From positions 8,546,722 through 8,610,721 of the forward strand of contig OZ037766.1 in NCBI GenBank assembly GCA_964035545.1: a stretch of DNA of 64,000 nucleotides. The letters are read 5' to 3'. A model generated the notes under the pieces. The model did not search any database and was not told the DNA's origin. It saw nothing but the letters and a program-made list of their open reading frames with translations. Source of the DNA: Bugula neritina. Its lineage: Eukaryota; Animalia; Bryozoa. Below are positions 14,338 to 25,815 of the stretch, piece after piece. Position numbers and translations under genes: made by a program. Numbering within the stretch: the stretch's first letter is position 1; each line of letters opens with the position of its first letter.

Positions 14338-17300
14338 TTACTTTCTCCGCAATCTATCCACCCCTCTCTCCACCCTTTCTCGTTCATCCCTATCATTACC
14401 ATCAATACCCAACGACATAGTAGCCTTCATTAACTCAGAGTCAGGCAGCGAGTCTCTGTTTTCATATAATAAACTATTGAGTGTCTCTTCATATATTCTT
14501 GCTTCAGGAAACTCAACCTATATCGTATAAGATACAAAGTACACAGGTTACAGCTTTACAAGTGGTGTTGCAACAGTGTTGAAAAATACACTATTTATAA
14601 CAAAATATTATATAATAAAATAACCTAATTTTAAGTAGTTTAACTTTAATCTAAAAAAGTTGAAATTTTCCAACTACCTGCTGCCTTTGAGGGCTAACAG
14701 CATAAATAAATTCCCTGACACACAACAGGGGTTCATCTGTTTTCAAGTTGCAATAACTAGAATCAAATTCAAGATATTTCTACATGTGCCTGTTATTGCT
14801 ACATATTGAACTTTTAGAATTACTGACTCCAGTATAAAAAGTGTTTGCCTTTATATATGACATTTTCATCACAGTGGTTGCAACAGAAGTGCATGAACAC
14901 TGCTGGAACCAGAAACTCCAACCAAAAAAACCTGGACATACCATACCTTTGTGTGTTTCTTGTCTTGACCGTAGACAATAGATGTACAATCAACATCTAT
15001 TATCTTTTGAGCATTGCCAAAGAACGACCAAAGACAAATCTCATTGCTGACTAAGACATCTTTGATGAACAGTATTCTTTCACTAAATCTCAAAGAGAGC
15101 TTGTCAAAGAGTTCTATGTTTCTTAGTATATTGTCATCAGAATGGCTGAAGCATATAAATACAGCAGCTTGAACATTTGAAAACTAGAACGTTTAAATAA
15201 AAATATGACCTAGCAAACACGAATTATTCCCTATATTGTTGAAACATGGCAAGTTGAGATTATAACATTCCAAACATATCCCTATATTGAAAAAAACTCC
15301 AGCTTCATGTTGCATAACATTACCAGCAAAAATTGAAAAGTATTAAAAAGAAATTTTAAAGATGAACTGAAGCAACACAGGGTATATGACAGTGAATTAA
15401 GCAACTCTAAAGCTAAAAAAGAATTGGTGAAAAATGTTGAGGACTTTAAGGTTTTGAGGTCACATGTAAGTGAAGAGGAGAAGAATGAAAAAGAAGTAAA
15501 ATGACCTCACAGAATGGCTGAATGAGTTCACAAAAAGTTACATGGTAAGTAGTGTAATAAATAGTTGCCAGTTGGAGTAAATGGAAATGTTTATACAAGT
15601 ATTGTTAGACCGGCAAGAAGAGACAGAATTGAGATAGTAGTATTGGCTGTAAAGTAATTGGAAGGGCTGGAAGTAAGGATGGCTTTAAGAGCTCTGAACA
15701 GCTAAAGAAAACAAAAATGAATATGATTATAATACAACAGGAACTGCAAACTCAGCCGCATTGGAAGCAAGGCTGTTGTGATTTGGAGATGAGATGGAAA
15801 GAGTAGGTGAGAAAATGGATGCTAAAGAACAAACCATGTAATAGAGGTGAATGAATGTGACAAAAAATACAAGAAATGTTCAACTGACTGAATGACAACA
15901 GGGTGGTGGATTGAGATTATTGGAGACATAAAGGCTATATGGAATATAACATCTACTATAATTATATAGTTTAAAGAGCAGTAATACAGGATTTATGTAC
16001 AATGTACTAGAAAAATGAAAATTTCAGTTTGAGGATCCAAAGAGACAAGTAGAAGAGGTGAAAACAAGGCAGCCCCTACCTTGTATATGAGTATTTGTTG
16101 TTATGTCTATTACAGGAGAGTTTAACCACAGGTTTTCGGCATGTTGATATAATATGCTGTTCCTCCTTCGCTGATGTTATAAGAGGGACACGACAAACCG
16201 GAACATATTCATCTTTGGATTTTTTTAAAGCCTACAAAATAATAATGAAATCACTCGTCCTCAGCTAGCAACACCAAAATTATAGACTAAAGTTGAACAT
16301 TGCCAAGGCTAAAAAATATATAACAATAATAATATAATATATATAATAAACATATCTATGTGGAACATATTTTTTGAAAGTTTAATAAAAGTAAAAAAAA
16401 AGATTTTTAGCTAGAATCATAAATGTTCATGCTTACCAAAATTCTATAAAATATAAAATTAAGTACTAAACTAACCAACTGATTGCTACAATTAAAAAAC
16501 TAAGAACTCTGTTGAAATTATCATGTATATTTATTTTAACAATAAATGTATCAAAGTTTGTCACCAACTGCGATCATGTAAGTAATATGTATTTTGACTA
16601 CGGTATTTCAGTCCATGGCACAAAATCTCTTTCAAAGACAGTACTTTTTGCTTTTATTTTACTATGGACTATAAAAGAAAGTCATAAAAAACTTTAAAAA
16701 ATGTTCTTGACTTGATCAACATATGCCAGACTGGCAGCACATTCATATGTTTAATGACAGACATACCTGTTCGCATTGATCCACTAACTGCTGAATACAG
16801 TAATACTTCGCCTCTGTCAAAATCTCTAAGAGATCTTCGCGGCGAGATTCTGGAAGAGCTATTGAACCATCGCGTAGAAAACTTAAAACCAACCCAAAAT
16901 GCTTCCCACAACGGTCTATTAGAATCCAACCTGCAATTTCAGATGACTTGAACAGCATATATGCTAGTGGCAATTTGATGGCGGGAACGTCATACAAAAA
17001 TATTTTCATCAAAAGGGAGAAACTTTAAAAAAACAGAAATTCTGTAAAATTGTATTTATTACTGTGTTCATTTGCACTCTTATTTTAAATTTGCTATGTT
17101 CACCATTAACATATGAAAGAAAACCGAGAAAATTGTATTGCTGACTAGATCAGTGTGAAAATTAAAATAAGTTATCAAACATGAATTTTAGCGGTTGTCA
17201 AACTATTCGAAGAGTATGTGGCAGCAAAAAATTAACTTTAGATCTATTACATAATTATTGTAAAGGTAAAAAAAAGTCAGAAAAGTTTTATGTAAACATA

Positions 17301-17477
17301 TATACCTTCTGAATCTGTTAATACTTCCATCCTGCCACTGAACATAGCTCTGAGCATATTGTCGTGCTTTGTTAAAGTGCCAATTGTTGTGTAATGCAAT
17401 GTACCGCCAACATTCAACTTGACATATTTAGAACTGGAAGAATTACTAGGGTATACTACTACCCGGCTATCACCCAT
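14338..17477 (-). CDS. KCTD10: BTB/POZ adaptor for CUL3-mediated RhoA degradation (KCTD10/KCTD13/TNFAIP1 family), 288 aa
   Basis: Exons 17477-17306, 16930-16767, 16231-16080, 15145-14947, 14517-14338 sum to 867 nt. Motifs [71 protein letters not shown]. Confidence 0.93.
15395..15930 (+). mobile_element. Highly decayed RTE-clade LINE fragment in a KCTD10 intron
   Basis: Purine-rich stretch with broken translations [27 protein letters not shown] and EARLL*FG, matching RTE C-terminal motifs VEEFKYLGS, KGKVYKTVVRPA and EARLRWFG. Boundaries approximate. Confidence 0.55.
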
Positions 17478-18779
17478 CTTCTCCAGACTCAATTCAACTG
17501 ATTAATTATATCTATAAACAAAACTAAAAGAAAATAGTGATATTTTCAAAAGCATTATGATAATCAATATCAATTATTCCTTTCAATCATGAATGTAGTT
17601 ATACTGAAAGCATTGAGCATTTGTAATCGAATAATCTTTAGTAGAGACCTATTGTCTCGCTGGTATAAAGTATAACTGATGTGACAGTATGCATGGTTTA
17701 ATAAAAATAGTATAAGATCTATAAGAAAAGGTATGGTAAAATGTATTTTAAATTTATAAAAAATAAAATAAATATTATCTAGTAGGTACTGACTAATAAT
17801 TAGTTCTTCAACAATTTTACTTTAAAGACAGTTATATTTATCTAGTTGTATTTTTAATTTAGCTTAAAATACTCAAACTACAACTATAATTCTTAAATAA
17901 AAGATTGCTGCTAACTTTAATATGCGAAGAGTTTTGTCCAACAGTCAAAACACAATTTGCATACCAAGTATTGCAGGGGGAAGTGTTACAGCAGCTGGAA
18001 TGACACAGACAGAGTAACAGAAACAATAAAGACAACAAGAAAATACAGAAAAAAAAACTAACAAGGAAGGAAAGAAAGAAGCAATCCTTTTTCTAACAGA
18101 TTATCCACATACACTTTATGTTTTCATAGCTGCTAAGGTTAATTTCATTTGAAAAAGCAGCTAACGCCTCTCTGGGATAAAGCAGATAATATCGTTGTAT
18201 AAGAACCTAGATAACATACCTAGACAAATTTCCACTGAACACCAGAGCTGAGCATAACTCAAGTTTAATTGAGTACGTACGCATGCAGCACTCAAAATGA
18301 AATTTTTGACTTCAGTGGACTTGTTAAAACCACCGACTTAACTTGTTTCACTGATTGACTTCCTGACAACTTTAATAACATAATGTATGTGTATATATAA
18401 CAAAGAGCTTTCATGTGTGGCTTCTCCATACAAACTTGCAAGTGCAACTTGGCCCCCCCCCCCTTATTGGATAAGATGTAAATAAGCATATTGTGTCCAT
18501 AACTTTTCAGGGTTTGCTGAGATTGGTTATCTTTAACCTGTCAAATGCTTTGGTTATACTGATTTTGTTTTTCAGTGCACAAGAAGATGGAGCATTAATT
18601 ATGGCTCAAACATTTCATTATTAAATTACATTATTCACAATTAGCATATTATTTTACGAAAAATTTAGTTAAATCTTCAGTTTGAGTTTAACTATAATGA
18701 TTTATTCAATAATATAAACATTGATAATTGAGATCTAAATTTGTGTTTTATGTTTAATAAATATTATCACAACAATTAA

Positions 18780-19265
18780 GTCACCATCACAATGACTATC
18801 ACTGTATCAGTATGGGCATCACTATGAGTGAGTATGACAAGCAAAGACTAATACTAATAGTATAACTATTAGTAATAATACAAGTATAACTATTACAATT
18901 ACTTATAGTTATAATATTTATACTAATAGTAATAGTAATTATAGTAATACAAATGCTAATACTTAATAGCAATAGCAATAGTAATAGTAATAGTAATAGT
19001 AATAGTAACACTCAGTAATACTAATACTAATAATAAGATTAAATAAGTAACTGTAATACTAAGTGTAACACTAAAAGTAAAAGTAAATCACTTAAAAGTA
19101 AATGTAATAGTAATAATATTACTATTAGTATTAAATTTAATATTATATTATTAGTATTACTTTATTAGATTTAGTATTACTATTACTATTAGTATAACTA
19201 TAAATATTAAGTATTACTAAGAGTAAGTGACTAAGTCTAAGACACTAAGACTAATGACTAATACT
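18780..19265. repeat. Drifting-hexamer tract T2, left part
   Basis: (TAATAG)n run near 18965-19010 plus TAATAC/TATTAC/CTAAGA variants; abuts the 3' tail of the LINE. Confidence 0.8.
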
Positions 19266-19448
19266 ATTACCTCTGATTACCTCTGATTACCTCTGATGAG
19301 GTAGAACGCTCTTGACCATCATATGACGTTAGTAGAGCGCCTCATGTGTGTGACAGTGAGTGTTCCGTTTTTTTTTTAGTGCTTCCGCATTACCGCTGAT
19401 ATTATTCAATTTAGATAGTGATATTTAAAAGGAAAATTGATAGGTAAG

Positions 19449-22235
19449 CTAGGTAAATCCTCTCATGTCGCGTATCGTTCTTGGTAAGAAACTTTGGTGG
19501 TAACAGCTAGAGCGAGAAGAAATAGAGTTGGGTAAACCTTGGGTTGCTGATCTTGTAGTTACGGACCTGAGAGAGCGATTTTCCACAACCTCATCATAGT
19601 CTGATGCAAGTGTACTGTGCGTGGCTTCAGACTGTAGAATACGTGTCAATAGTGTGAGTCTATGATTTTTACGCCTCGTTTGTAATGGTAGTAGATCCAG
19701 TTCGCATCGAGCGTCACTAACACTCTCTCGCCCCTTGATACCTGATATGAACCTCACAGCACGATTCTGAACCATTTCTATATCATGTATGGTGGTTTTT
19801 AAATAAGGATCCCAGAGGGTATCTGCATACTCCAACAATGGACGGCAGAGGCTGGTGTAAGCCAAGAGTTTGCAATTTTTTGGAGCATCATGGAGAGCAA
19901 ACTTTATTGCTCCTAGGACTCTGCTAGCTTTTTGTGATTTCAGCAAAATGTGTTTGTCAAATTTAAGGTTACTCTGCATGGTCACACCGAGATACTTGGT
20001 CTCTTCAGTCCATTGGACAGGTGTACTCCCAAGCTTATAAGATGGAAGGCCTGTTTGGCGACCAAATGATATAGCATGGCATTTACTTTCATTAAAAGGC
20101 ATCTTCCACTGTTGGGACCAGTTATATACTGCATCGATATTGACCTGGAAGTCTGCAGCATCTGCTTCTGAGTTTACTCTTTGGTACAACAGGGTGTCAT
20201 CTGCATAAAGACTGACACAACAATTGACACAACTTGGTAAATCGTTAATATAAACCAAGAATAGTGTGGGTCCTAGTACAGATCCTTGGGGGACGCCCGA
20301 TGTTACTGGGAGCTCAGTTGAGCATGAGCCTTTGATTACAACTCTCTGTTTTCTGTTGGTGATGAAATCTTGAATCCAATTTATAATCTGTGGGTTAACT
20401 TCTGAAATGCGACGTAGTTTCAGTAGTAGTAGGGAATGGGGGACTTTGTCAAATGCTTTTTTAAAGTCTAGAACAATTGCATGTGTGTCTTGTGATTGGT
20501 CGTGCGCTTTGGCAATGTCATGGTATGTTGAGCACAGTTGAGTATCGCATGACATTCCCTTCCGAAAACCATGCTGCCTGTTGTGAAGTATATTGTCAAG
20601 GGTTGCATTCAGGTAGTGCAGGATTATGTGCTCAAGCATTTTGCACGGAATGCTTGTGAGAGAGATAGGCCTAAAATTCTGTGGTGATTCCTTGCTTCCT
20701 CCTTTATGTATTGGGGTTACATTAGCAAATTTCCACTCTCTTGGTAGTTTTCCAGATTTAAGTGAGGCATGGTATATGTGCTGAAGACAAGTGGCATTTA
20801 TTCCAGTATCAACTAATAGGTCTGGTTTTCTTATGCCGTCTGGCCCCGGTGATTTACCATTTGCCAAACCTCTAATAAGTGACTCAAGCCCCTCGATGGA
20901 TATGCATATGTTATGAGTATCACTGCTATAATTTGGATATTGTGACACCTGGTGATCTTGGCAGAATTGACTATAAAAATAACTGTTTAAGATTTCAGCG
21001 CATCTCAGTGAGTTGTCAGTTAGTTGATTAGTATCAGGGTCAGTAAGAGACATAGAAATATTATCTTGACCAGTTTTTTGCCTCAGGTGTTTGAAAAAAG
21101 GCTTGGAATTTCCCCTCTCTAATGGTTTACATACCTTCTCAACTACATAGTTCCTCTTTTTGTGACGAAGCAATTTTTTGCAAGATTTTCGCTCTGTTTT
21201 ATACTTCTCCAAGAAAAACACATCCCTTGTTTTTTTATACTTAAACCAAGTTTTTCTTTGCTTTTGAGCAAGCTTCTTTGCCTCCTTATCAAACCAAACA
21301 GGCCAGCGAGAGTTTTTTGATTTTAAAACTTTTGTAGGAATGTGATCTTTGCAAGCCTGCGCAAGACCTTCTCTAAAAAAGAGCCACATGTTGTCTGGGT
21401 CTGACATGTCCTCAAGTTTGTTACAGACAGTTTGCATACTGTCTCTGAAACCAGTTATATTTGCATTTTTGTATAGTTTAATTGTTTTCGGTTGTGTTTT
21501 TAAGAGATTTGGTCTAGGGCAGGTGAGCACTGCAGTGATGATGTAGTGATCACTGAGACCCGGAGATATTATATCAATATCTGTGACTAACGCTGTGTTA
21601 TTGGTACAGATTAAATCTAGGACATTACCATGAATATGAGTGGGTTGCGTAACAAGTTGTTGCATCCTGTTTTCAAATAACATGGTGAGAAAGTCCAAGT
21701 GTACAGACTTGAACTTTGCACCATATTTTAGTTTTCTGGTTTCCCAGTCTATTTCAGGGAGGTTAAAGTCACCAACAAGAATGATGGAATGATGATGGTA
21801 TTTGTTGGTGATGTGTTCAATGACATTTCTCAAAGCTGCCATGTTTAGCATTGATATGTTTGGTCTATAGTAGCAGCATATTATAATGCTGTGTTTGATC
21901 TGTATTACAACCATTTCTTCGCCCAAAGTGTCGAGTTCAACTTTAGTTGGCTGAAGCGAATTCGCTGCTGCTATAAGGACTCCGCCACCATAAATATTAC
22001 GGTACCATCTAAATATGGTCTTGCTTTGGCTAGAGAGAATGTCACAGTTGTTTATAGTGTCATCAATATGTGTTTCTACTAAACAAACTATATCATATTC
22101 AGATGTAATGAATTGAACTTCGGCCGTTTTCCCCTTAACAGACCTGGAGTTTGCCAAAAATAAGGCTAGTGGGCTCTCACTACACTGTTTAATGCCGGCG
22201 TCAGACGCTTCCATTCCCCCGAGGGTTGCTGACAT
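19449..22235 (-). CDS. LINE ORF2: APE endonuclease plus reverse transcriptase (928 aa)
   Basis: Endonuclease motifs ANSRS, LVETH, GGGV, GDFN, LDL, SDH; RT motifs FRPISLTS, QHGFR, LDFKKAFDKV, GVPQGSVLGP, YADD, YLGV; C-terminal SFLPRTIRD. Confidence 0.95.
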   Translation of the reverse strand: MSATLGGMEASDAGIKQCSESPLALFLANSRSVKGKTAEVQFITSEYDIVCLVETHIDDTINNCDILSSQSKTIFRWYRNIYGGGVLIAAANSLQPTKVELDTLGEEMVVIQIKHSIIICCYYRPNISMLNMAALRNVIEHITNKYHHHSIILVGDFNLPEIDWETRKLKYGAKFKSVHLDFLTMLFENRMQQLVTQPTHIHGNVLDLICTNNTALVTDIDIISPGLSDHYIITAVLTCPRPNLLKTQPKTIKLYKNANITGFRDSMQTVCNKLEDMSDPDNMWLFFREGLAQACKDHIPTKVLKSKNSRWPVWFDKEAKKLAQKQRKTWFKYKKTRDVFFLEKYKTERKSCKKLLRHKKRNYVVEKVCKPLERGNSKPFFKHLRQKTGQDNISMSLTDPDTNQLTDNSLRCAEILNSYFYSQFCQDHQVSQYPNYSSDTHNICISIEGLESLIRGLANGKSPGPDGIRKPDLLVDTGINATCLQHIYHASLKSGKLPREWKFANVTPIHKGGSKESPQNFRPISLTSIPCKMLEHIILHYLNATLDNILHNRQHGFRKGMSCDTQLCSTYHDIAKAHDQSQDTHAIVLDFKKAFDKVPHSLLLLKLRRISEVNPQIINWIQDFITNRKQRVVIKGSCSTELPVTSGVPQGSVLGPTLFLVYINDLPSCVNCCVSLYADDTLLYQRVNSEADAADFQVNIDAVYNWSQQWKMPFNESKCHAISFGRQTGLPSYKLGSTPVQWTEETKYLGVTMQSNLKFDKHILLKSQKASRVLGAIKFALHDAPKNCKLLAYTSLCRPLLEYADTLWDPYLKTTIHDIEMVQNRAVRFISGIKGRESVSDARCELDLLPLQTRRKNHRLTLLTRILQSEATHSTLASDYDEVVENRSLRSVTTRSATQGLPNSISSRSSCYHQSFLPRTIRDMRGFT

Positions 22236-23128
22236 TCAATTTGCAGATTTTTTATTCTGTATGCAGATCCAGGGTTGTCACTTTTCAGTCCACGCACACA
22301 CTCACGGAGGGCGAACTCTTGGTTTCGGATTTCCTTGCTGGCATCTAGCTTGCAGAAGACTTTGTCACTTTTAAGTCCCCAAGAGTTCACCCCCTTTATG
22401 AAGGCCCATTTAGATTGGATAGTTTCAAAGACAACTTTTATGGGTCTAGCAGTTTCCGCACTCTTTTTTCCGAGTCTTAAGGCTGCATGAGGTTTGTCAA
22501 GGTTTTTGAATCTTTCTTCTCTCATGAATTTTTCGACCTGTTCTAATACCGGTATTTCATCTCCCTCCGGCACACCATATAGAATGGCATTACATTTTCT
22601 GGCATCTGCCTCACTTATTTCATTACTTTTCTGCATCAACTTCTCAGCATTTCTGTTTACTTTAACAGCCTTATTCATTTGCACTGTACTTTGCTCAACA
22701 AGCTTGGAACATTGATCTTCTAGGGACTTTATATTCTCATTGTTACTCTTTAGTGTATCAGCATACGTGAGTTGCATGCCTTTAACAGCTCGGTCAATAT
22801 CGTTAAGTTTGTTCATTGTTAACAGATTCATTTCTTCCAGCTTTTCTTTTAGTTCGGTAATTGAAGTTTTAGCTTTAGTTTGGTCTTGAGAGTCTACATT
22901 AATTACCACCTCCGGTATGCATTTGGTGCAGAACCATCTTACTCCTTTCCCTTCTGCGCTAGAGATGAGATTTGCCTCATATTTGGTGAGGTCCTGACAT
23001 TGGCTGTGATACCATGCCTCACAGCAATCACAGCGTATCATCACATGACATTTTTGCTCATCAGCCTTCAGGTTGCAATCTTTGCTCTTAGATGGCATTC
23101 CTTTATTTATTATATTACTTTTATGCAA
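22166..23128 (-). CDS. LINE ORF1: PHD finger, coiled coil, RRM-like domain
   Basis: MIRCDCCEAWYHSQC...WFCTKC (PHD-type), heptad region, then RKCNAILYGVPE...RLGK...RPIKVVF, typical of CR1/L2 ORF1. The start could be the Met at 23098 (MPSKSK). Confidence 0.9.
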   Translation of the reverse strand: MHKSNIINKGMPSKSKDCNLKADEQKCHVMIRCDCCEAWYHSQCQDLTKYEANLISSAEGKGVRWFCTKCIPEVVINVDSQDQTKAKTSITELKEKLEEMNLLTMNKLNDIDRAVKGMQLTYADTLKSNNENIKSLEDQCSKLVEQSTVQMNKAVKVNRNAEKLMQKSNEISEADARKCNAILYGVPEGDEIPVLEQVEKFMREERFKNLDKPHAALRLGKKSAETARPIKVVFETIQSKWAFIKGVNSWGLKSDKVFCKLDASKEIRNQEFALRECVRGLKSDNPGSAYRIKNLQIECQQPSGEWKRLTPALNSVVRAH

Positions 23129-23175
23129 CTACTGGTAGTTGTCAATATGATAAGTGATTATCGTTATAAAAAAAA

Positions 23176-23700
23176 TATATTAGTATTAGTATTAGTATTA
23201 CTATTAGTATTAGCATTACTATTAGTATAACTACTAGAGTATTACTCAGACTTATCACTCCTAATTAGTATTACTATTAGTTATTACTATTATTAAGTAT
23301 TAGTAAGTGTAACACTAACTCAAATCGAAAGTGTAATGAACAATCACAATGGCAATTCAATGATTTACTAATAGTAATTGTAATACTAATGCTAATGCTA
23401 ATACTAATACTCAAGTAATACTAATAGTAATACTATTAAATAATTAATAATACTAATACTACTAGTAATAGTAAATCTTAGTAATACTAATACTAAAACT
23501 AAAAATAATACTAATAGTAATAGTAATAGTAATACTAATGGTAAATATAATACTAATACTGTAAATTACAGTATTAGTATTATATTTACAGTGTAATAGC
23601 AGTAGCACAGCAACAAGAACAAGTGAACTGTGAACAACTACAAGTAAAAGTGATTATCATTATCATACTATGAGTAGCAATACTAATGCAGTACTTTACT
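23176..23700. repeat. Drifting-hexamer tract T2, right part
   Basis: TTAGTA, TAATAC, TAATAG and TAATGC arrays directly flanking the LINE 5' end. Confidence 0.8.
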
Positions 23701-23719
23701 TCTAATTCAGGTGAGTAAA

Positions 23720-24150
23720 GCTATAGTCGTAGGAAAAGATCCTGGATGAAACTGAACAAAACTGAAGCACACGGCCATAATTTATAAAGATTGGGCTACT
23801 GGAAGTTTATTTTTAGTAAAGTTAGCTCATTTACTAAATCATGTACGAAAATTCGTTCCGGATAGGCTAGTAAAAATAAATGCGACTTGATTGGGCGAAG
23901 TTATGACTTCTAAAGCCAAGAACGTGGTCACAACCAATGAACTAAAACTTCTAGGGGTTATAGTTCAATGTTCTTGACAATCACATCAATGTAAGGGTTT
24001 ACTTCTAATGTCTAGGTCATGCGACTGTGACTAAGATGGCTTTATTTGTATTTTAAAACTATTGTTATTTATGATTTATCATCATTGCTAAAGCGGCAAT
24101 GTTTTGAAATGATAATTTACGTAGTTGTTTTTTTTCGGAAAGCATTTTAT
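23720..24150. promoter_or_regulatory. Putative bidirectional promoter of KCTD10 (-) and TMEM104 (+)
   Basis: Local CpG retention; CCAAT boxes ATTGG 23790-23794, ATTGG 23890-23894, CCAAT 23934-23938; YY1-like AAGATGGC 24033-24040; lies between divergent genes. No transcript evidence. Confidence 0.5.
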
Positions 24151-24289
24151 TTGCCCACTACTGATTACTAATTTACATTAGACCTTGTCCTTAGACATAG
24201 GCTTAGTTAGTCATTACCAGTACCACTGAATTAAAACTTAAAGTTAATCAAGTTATATTTCAAAATCAATGGTAATTACTGTGAAGTGA

Positions 24290-24845
24290 TTACTCATTAG
24301 GCTTAGCCATTGCCCATTGCATTAGTCGTTAGCCGTGAGAGTAGTATTAATAGAGCCATAATCATAATGAGAATGACTGAAACTCAAATTCGTTCAAGTT
24401 AAACTTCATGACTTCAAATTGAAATTATAGTTTAAAATTAACCGTTTAGTAAAACTTGATAATATTTATAATTATATTCATACTGATCTTATAGGTATAA
24501 TAAGTATTAGCTGTTATATTTATAGATTATTAATAATTAATATATATTGATAATTGTATTTATACATGTAACAAATCATAATGATAGCAGTTACACTTAC
24601 TGTTAGTGCTACTGTTACTGTTAGGGGTATCATTGTCATTATTATTGTCACTAACCAATAAATGTAACCACTCTAGAGTCTAGTCTAATCACTAGTTGCC
24701 TAATGAGTAATGGGCCAATTTGGCAATAGGCTAAGTGTCCATGCGACTAAAAACAAGTAAATATAAATGGAATTATAATGTTAATTATTATGATAAATAT
24801 TATTATTATTATAAAATAATTATATTTGAAATTAGTATTACTGTT
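24290..24845. repeat. Drifting-hexamer tract T3
   Basis: cattgc ccattg cattag; cataat cataat; actgtt agtgct actgtt actgtt; cattgt cattat. Upstream of the TMEM104 ATG. Boundaries approximate. Confidence 0.6.
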
Positions 24846-25815
24846 TTTATTAAACCTTTTTGAGGCTTTTATCCTGTAAATGCTTGTTCATGATGATGAT
24901 GATTACGTAAGTCTTTCCAGGGGCAGAAAATGGTTTTTACCTGAAACTCAAAATAGCAGTTTCTTGCAATTTGCATTTAAATTAAATTTTATAATGCAAA
25001 GGAAGCTTATTTTTTAAAAGAAAAGATATGCAATAGTTATATATTGTGAAAAAATAGTCACTAAACAGACACAGCGCTCAAGATTTTTGTATAAAATTGA
25101 GCAAAATGCTATAATTTATAGGTTAAAATTGATGAAGCAACTTTGTATGATATGTAAAACACATGTATTTCAAATAGTTTAAGTATAAGAAACAATTGAC
25201 ATTGTGTTATGATGAAATAAAGTCCAAGTATTTAAAATAATATAGGTAGTACTTGAGCCATCCAACAAATTTATATTCATTGACCAAAAATCTATCTATC
25301 CATTATTTCAATGAAAAGTGCTTAAACAGTGAAAAACCTATCTAACATAAAGCCTTCAACTGTTTTTGTAAATGTATTTTATGTGTGTTCAACTCAATTT
25401 TAAAATTGATCTATTATAAAAACTGTTACACAGCTACTTATTAGTAAATAGAAATTTGATGAGAATTCTCTGTAAGTTACATTTTAAAGTTAGTTATGCT
25501 GCCTATTGAGCTTAATAGCACGGCTGTTGTTTTGATTATAATTTTGAGAGGTATAGGTTGATAAACCATACCTTCCGTGCTGAATATTTTCTTGACATGC
25601 ACTTTCACTAACAAGGTAGGCTACCTTACCTTGTTTCTCATATATGTGATTTTTATGAAAAAAGCAGCAGTATTATCATTATCATCTAATTTAAGTTTCA
25701 AAATAATGTGCCTCAAAATTAACATATCATCTACCAAAATACTTCTCTATTTTCATTCACAGAGAAAAACTGATTGGTTCTACATTGGCTGCTAGCTATT
25801 ACCCCAACTTCTAGA

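Larger units (their letters stand above)
19266..23175 (-). mobile_element. Apparently full-length, intact CR1/L2-group non-LTR retrotransposon
   Basis: Two uninterrupted ORFs; 3'UTR stem-loop (GAGG..CGCTC / GAGCGCCTC, ~19298-19343); tail of three ATTACCTCTG units (19266-19295). 5' boundary approximate; no clear TSD. Confidence 0.9.

Noticed and set aside
18799-19011. Poly-Leu/Ile ORF resembling a signal peptide or TM protein
   Set aside because: Read-through of the hexamer tract; non-ATG start and no splice support.
19250-23200. Target-site duplication for the intact LINE
   Set aside because: Both flanks are low-complexity TACTATT-type repeats, so short matches are uninformative.
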